From the IMG/VR virus record IMGVR_UViG_3300033145_003233, positions 186,001-250,000 of that record: DNA of 64,000 nucleotides; one strand, written 5' to 3'. Below are positions 61,215 to 64,000 of the stretch, one piece after another. Made by a program: the position numbers and the translations under genes. The notes under the pieces were generated by a model, which saw only the letters and a program-made list of their open reading frames with translations, ran no database searches and had not been told where the DNA came from. The stretch's first letter is position 1. Each line of letters begins with the position of its first letter.

Positions 61215-62864
61215 TTATATCCCCACATCAATACACTCTAATAATGACCAACTTCCACCATTGTTATTCCACACTTTAAGACTAGCAACGGAACCATCAA
61301 CCTCTACAGAAACAAACGTATGAAAATTATCCCCTCCGCTTTCATTCCCTGCATTTCCTGCATCTATTTGCCATACTTGACCATCTCCTCCGCTCCACAT
61401 ATCACCTGTGACCCTAGAAGTATTATCCCAAGAATTATTTACTTGATAGCGGCTATAAGCATGAGTATGCCCGCAGAAAAAAGCAACTACATTATTGTCT
61501 TCCATTAATTGCCAAAGAATATTTCTATCACTAGGATAAGCATTTAAAGAATCCGTCAAATGTCTATTGTGAGGAAAGACAGGAGCATGAGCTATTACGA
61601 ATTTAGGAGACTGAGGATACAAGTCAAATACCCCATCCAACCACTGCACCAATTGAGGGGTAGCACGTCCACTATATCCATTTACTGTAAGCCCTCGATA
61701 ATCAGCATTAGCATTAGTAGTCCCGTCCCAGTATATATTAAGAACCACAAATAGAAATCCCTTATGTTCGAAATAATACATTGTCTCTTCACAACCAACA
61801 GGGCCAGCAAACGCATAATCTGATATCGCTTCTCTACTACTAGACCCATTAGCATTATTCCATTCTGCCCTCAACCACGGCACATCATTAACACTACTGA
61901 TCTCATGATTCCCTATAGCAGGAATCCATCTATAATTGCTCCCAAATTTACTATTGATTATATTCCTGATATCAGAAACAGTTTCTCCAGAGGAGTTCCC
62001 ACACATATCTCCAGCTATAATATGAAAATCTCCTTTTCCTGCATTGACTTTAATAGCATCGCATACACTTCTGAATTGGGAATAGCTATTTCTCATATCT
62101 GCTGTAACTATAAAATGCCAAGGTAGAAAATTAGGTTCTGTCTCAGATGATTTAGATTTAACTGGTTCGGGAATATGAGCCAACCAATGTTGAGAGAACA
62201 TGGTGAAATCTACTATATCTACCGAACCATCTTTATTAAAATCATAAGGCATATCTTCATATCCAAGAGGATGGACCGTAATTTTTATATTACTTATATC
62301 CTGCTTCGATGGACCTATTGCAGGATTATCTGTTGCAGTTAATACCATCTCATGAAGACCCACTTGCTCCATTGTGGGGTTCCATATAAATAGTTTAGGG
62401 TCATATTGAGAACCTTCAAAAGTAGCTCCTGAAGGAAGATCACTTGTTGTTAATTCAACATTATCTCCATCTGGATCTGTAGCAGTAAATAAATATTCAA
62501 ATTCAGTTTTGACAGGAATTGCAAATTGAGTATTAGAAACAATTATCCCTACAGTTTTAAAAATAGCGGCTGAAGTAAAAGTTATTCTATAATGGCCGGC
62601 CTGAACATCCGTAGGAGTCCATTGAAATAAGGTTCCATCAAATACGCTTCCTTCCGGCAGGTTCCTTGCATAGACAAGAGAATTACTATCTGAGACAATA
62701 GTAATAGACAAAGATTCTCCCTCATCTACTTTTTTAAAATCTACTATCTCTTGAGATCCCCCCTCTACATCAGAAATAGAGATTGCAGAATAAGAGATAG
62801 AAGAGAAGGCGAGAATTATTAATGCCAAAAATATTTTACTGTTTCTACAAATTGTTTCCACCAT
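61215..62864 (-). CDS. Secreted protein: two Ig-like (He_PIG-type) domains, EF-hand/dockerin motif and metallophosphoesterase
   Basis: Signal peptide; LP.G..F...F.W.P twice; DFNKDGSVDIVDF; ADMR, AGD, GNHE, AHAP, GHTH. Confidence 0.85.
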   Translation of the reverse strand: MVETICRNSKIFLALIILAFSSISYSAISISDVEGGSQEIVDFKKVDEGESLSITIVSDSNSLVYARNLPEGSVFDGTLFQWTPTDVQAGHYRITFTSAAIFKTVGIIVSNTQFAIPVKTEFEYLFTATDPDGDNVELTTSDLPSGATFEGSQYDPKLFIWNPTMEQVGLHEMVLTATDNPAIGPSKQDISNIKITVHPLGYEDMPYDFNKDGSVDIVDFTMFSQHWLAHIPEPVKSKSSETEPNFLPWHFIVTADMRNSYSQFRSVCDAIKVNAGKGDFHIIAGDMCGNSSGETVSDIRNIINSKFGSNYRWIPAIGNHEISSVNDVPWLRAEWNNANGSSSREAISDYAFAGPVGCEETMYYFEHKGFLFVVLNIYWDGTTNANADYRGLTVNGYSGRATPQLVQWLDGVFDLYPQSPKFVIAHAPVFPHNRHLTDSLNAYPSDRNILWQLMEDNNVVAFFCGHTHAYSRYQVNNSWDNTSRVTGDMWSGGDGQVWQIDAGNAGNESGGDNFHTFVSVEVDGSVASLKVWNNNGGSWSLLECIDVGI

Positions 62865-63052
62865 TCTTTTAGTTCCTTTTTTTTCTTTTTTGAAAATGAA
62901 CCATCAGGGACCACTTTAGTTGGAAGTAATCCAGCATTCCTCAGTTCTATTATGGCCTGTCTCGAGGAAAGAGTTTCAATAGTCCCGCTGACATCTTCCC
63001 CATCTTCATTAAGAGCTTCGTAATAATATCTCACATAATACCTCAGGCACAT
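62819..63052 (-). CDS. Stand-alone PilC/GspF N-terminal-domain-like protein
   Basis: YYYEALNEDGEDVSGTIETLSSRQAIIELRNAGLLPTKV matches the F.Y.A....G....G.i.A.s...A...Lr..Gl.p..i pattern. Confidence 0.7.
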   Translation of the reverse strand: MCLRYYVRYYYEALNEDGEDVSGTIETLSSRQAIIELRNAGLLPTKVVPDGSFSKKKKKELKEWWKQFVETVKYFWH

Positions 63053-63509
63053 GATAATTCTTTTTCTACATTTTTTAATGTCTTCTGAAGATCTTTAATT
63101 TCTTTTTTTAATTCTTTTTTTCTTGCTCTTAATCTAAATTTATGTTGTATTTCTTTAGTCTCTAATCTAAATAAAACACTTTCTAAATTATATACATATC
63201 TAGAACGACAGGAATAATATGCTAATTGATAACCTGATTTATTCTCTGCCCCATCAACAATACACTCCCACTCAGAATGACCCTTCCATAATATATATAG
63301 AACGATATATTCTCTCATGTCAGAGATATTGGCCAGGAATCTCCCGCATTATTATCCCACCTAGCGTATTGATATATAATTCCTTTTACCGTAGAATGGG
63401 TCTTAGGGAAATGGGCTATAAATAAACCATCATTAGATTTGATTTTATAAGATCTTTTTAGATCTGGTAGCTTTATTTCTAATTGTGTAGTATATGTATA
63501 GTTTCTCAT
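63043..63509 (-). CDS. Two hypothetical ORFs (63043-63318, 63315-63509)
   Basis: ORF track. Confidence 0.55.
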
Positions 63510-63518
63510 ATCCCCCCT

Positions 63519-63546
63519 ATTATATCACATAATTTTCACTTTTCAA
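63519..63546 (-). promoter_or_regulatory. sigma70-type promoter
   Basis: TTGAAA-16-TATAAT. Confidence 0.6.
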
Positions 63547-63551
63547 GTATA

Positions 63552-64000
63552 TTAAAACCACTTTTTGTAGATATTAGCATAAGTCCCATTCTCATAAAGA
63601 GTTAGAATAATCTTATCTATAGGACGTTTTAATTCACTTCCCTTAGATAGAACAAATCCATAGTATTGTTCATCAAACATACCGCCCGCCATAACAACCT
63701 TATCGGGATTGTCTTTTACATAGTTTAAGAGGATAGGATAGTCATAGACAACAGCATCTCCTCTTTCAAGCAGCAGATTATCACAGGCACTACTAATACT
63801 ATCAACTGTTTTAACTTTTGCTCCTAATTCTTTCACATATCCAACACTTGTTGTCCCTTTTTGAGTTAAGACAATTTTGCCTTTTAAATCGTCAGGGCTT
63901 TGAATATCTCCAGCTATCTTTTCCGTTGTATAATCAGCAGACAAAAGAGCAGTAAAATTACAAAAAGCCATAATCCCGCAAAAGATAAGTGCTATTGTTA
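63552..64000 (-). CDS. C-terminal part of a GluR0-like ligand-gated channel / SBP_bac_3 protein (5' end outside window)
   Basis: Frame is open to the window edge: TIALIFCGIMAFCNFTALLSADYT (TM) then IQSPDDLKGK..TQKGTTS...DAVVYDYP...YYGF...GTY..IYKKWF. Confidence 0.75.
   Translation of the reverse strand, partial: TIALIFCGIMAFCNFTALLSADYTTEKIAGDIQSPDDLKGKIVLTQKGTTSVGYVKELGAKVKTVDSISSACDNLLLERGDAVVYDYPILLNYVKDNPDKVVMAGGMFDEQYYGFVLSKGSELKRPIDKIILTLYENGTYANIYKKWF

Noticed and set aside
2437-63425. All plus-strand ORFs in the track, and minus-strand ORFs nested in other frames (e.g. 27945, 30557, 35968, 38811, 41921)
   Set aside because: They are shadows of well-supported minus-strand genes, with F/S/I/L-rich antisense composition and no RBS or motifs.
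1-64000. Stop-codon reassignment (TAG or TGA recoding)
   Set aside because: Conserved enzymes are full length under code 11, and TAG/TGA end genes right at the next start. The only broken ORF found needs a frameshift, not read-through.

Overview
This window looks like a 64-kb accessory or early-gene segment of a large (jumbo-type) AT-rich dsDNA phage genome. About 125 tightly packed genes all lie on the minus strand, and I see no capsid, tail, terminase, polymerase or integrase gene. Host-like pieces (ClpC N-domain, GFTLIEL prepilin motifs, a PilC/GspF N-domain, a 'DFNxDGxVDxxDFxxFxxHWL' EF-hand/dockerin motif) suggest a Planctomycetota host, probably Phycisphaerae (inference). Recognisable genes: Ro60/TROVE protein, two RNA ligases (Rnl1-type and DRB0094-type), two metallophosphoesterases, AAA+ ATPase, queuosine salvage protein (DUF2419/QNG1), GMP reductase, HPRT, two beta-class DNA methyltransferases, FkbM methyltransferase, three radical SAM enzymes, sigma-70-family factor, DGQHR protein, HNH endonuclease and a truncated GluR0-like channel. 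Best leads: (1) a 146-nt tRNA-like RNA whose anticodon loop is replaced by a long hairpin, in a genome that encodes Ro60; (2) a shared R[FY]xxxD-hydrophobic C-terminal motif on seven unrelated proteins, five of them consecutive genes; (3) a phage-specific promoter box (TTTTCCAGACA-N18-TAnnnT) that also forms paired palindromes flanking one sigma70 promoter, one copy apparently driving an ~85-nt sRNA; (4) an RNA repair plus queuine/purine salvage region. All homology calls come from motif recognition by eye; no database searches or folding programs were run.
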